A DNA stretch of 34,247 nucleotides from a virus (Duplodnaviria; Caudoviricetes), in the IMG/VR virus record IMGVR_UViG_3300032213_000892, positions 1 to 34,247 of that record. One strand, written 5' to 3'. The notes below the pieces were generated by a model. It saw nothing but the letters and a program-made list of their open reading frames with translations. It did no database searches and had not been told where the DNA came from. Position numbers and translations under genes: made by a program. Every line of letters starts with the position of its first letter. Within the stretch, counting starts at the first letter, position 1. This document shows, piece by piece, positions 33,480-34,247 of the stretch.

Positions 33480-34247
33480 ATGCCACAACCTAACGTCGGC
33501 GCGTTTCATATCGACGCAGCCCTTACCAACATCTCTGTTGCGCTTCTGCAAAGCCCGGGGTCGTTCATCGCCTCGCGCATCTTCCAGAACGTCCCAGTTC
33601 AGAAGCAGTCGGACAAGTTCTTCACGTTCGACCGCTCCTACTTCAACCGCAACGGCGCTAAGAAGCGCGCCGCCGGTGCTCGCGTCTCTGAAGTGGGCTA
33701 TGAAGTATCGAACGACAGCTACTTCTGCGAAGAGTATGGCGTCGCAATCCCGATCCCAGATCAGGTGCGCGCTAACGCAGACCCAGCTGCGGATCCTGCG
33801 CGCGCAGCCGCAGAACTGGCGACCCACCAGATGCTGATCCAAAAAGAAACCGACTTCTCGTCGTCGTTCTTTACGACTGGCCTTTGGGGCAAGGACATCA
33901 CCGGCGTTGCGTCCTCGCCTTCGACCGATCAGGTCATCCGCTGGTCGGACACCACCAACGGCGACCCTATCGGCAACGTGCGCACCGGGATCGACTTTAT
34001 CCTCAGCTCGACCGGCATCAAGCCAAACGTCATGGCGATGGGCCGTCAGGTTTACTCGGCGCTGATCGATCACCCAGACATTCAGGGCCGGATCAACGGC
34101 GGCGCGACCACCTCGCAGCCCTCGATCGCTTCGTTGAACCTGCTTGCGCAGATCTTCGAAGTCGATGAGGTCATGGTCGGCGAAGCGATCCAGAACACCG
34201 CAGCAGAGGGCGACACCGCCGCTCACTCGTTCATTCTGGGCAAGAAG
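33480..34247 (+). CDS. Major capsid protein, N-terminal part (not in ORF track; wraps to position 348)
   Basis: Translated by hand: MPQPNVGAFHIDAALTNISVALLQSPGSFIASRIFQNVPVQKQSDKFFTFDRSYF...; open to the window end. Confidence 0.92.
   Translation, partial: MPQPNVGAFHIDAALTNISVALLQSPGSFIASRIFQNVPVQKQSDKFFTFDRSYFNRNGAKKRAAGARVSEVGYEVSNDSYFCEEYGVAIPIPDQVRANADPAADPARAAAELATHQMLIQKETDFSSSFFTTGLWGKDITGVASSPSTDQVIRWSDTTNGDPIGNVRTGIDFILSSTGIKPNVMAMGRQVYSALIDHPDIQGRINGGATTSQPSIASLNLLAQIFEVDEVMVGEAIQNTAAEGDTAAHSFILGKK
34125..34247. repeat. Terminal direct repeat (circular assembly overlap), copy 2
   Basis: Identical to 1-123. Confidence 0.97.

Overview
The window is an apparently complete, circularly permuted genome of a long-tailed (siphovirus-type) dsDNA phage. 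Bases 1-123 are repeated exactly at 34125-34247, giving a unit of about 34,124 bp that is opened inside the major capsid gene. The + strand carries head completion, tail, tail tip, tail fibre and lysis genes (1-13556). It also carries primase-helicase, RuvC-like resolvase, terminases, portal, head morphogenesis, protease, scaffold, decoration and capsid genes (22157-34247). The - strand (13583-21958) carries small early genes, a family A DNA polymerase, an SSB-like protein, a Cas4-like nuclease, an HTH-like protein and an SNF2-type helicase. I see no integrase, CI-type repressor, methyltransferase, tRNA or CRISPR array. High GC, GANTC depletion and a suhB/MmgR-like RNA motif suggest an alphaproteobacterial host (inference). 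The most unusual signals are mostly non-coding: (1) a ~125-150 nt structured element present twice, each copy ahead of a late operon, with a compensatory base change; (2) a conserved AGGAGACCTGCCATG start cassette on early genes, with a candidate anti-SD small RNA that can pair with it; (3) twin sigma70 promoters that each carry two GACCGGTC palindromes; (4) a multi-domain prohead-protease ORF that looks like a cleavable polyprotein, with the last protease motif moved onto the scaffold gene; (5) apparent strong avoidance of several 5-mers. All product calls come from recognising motifs and gene order by eye; no database searches were run.
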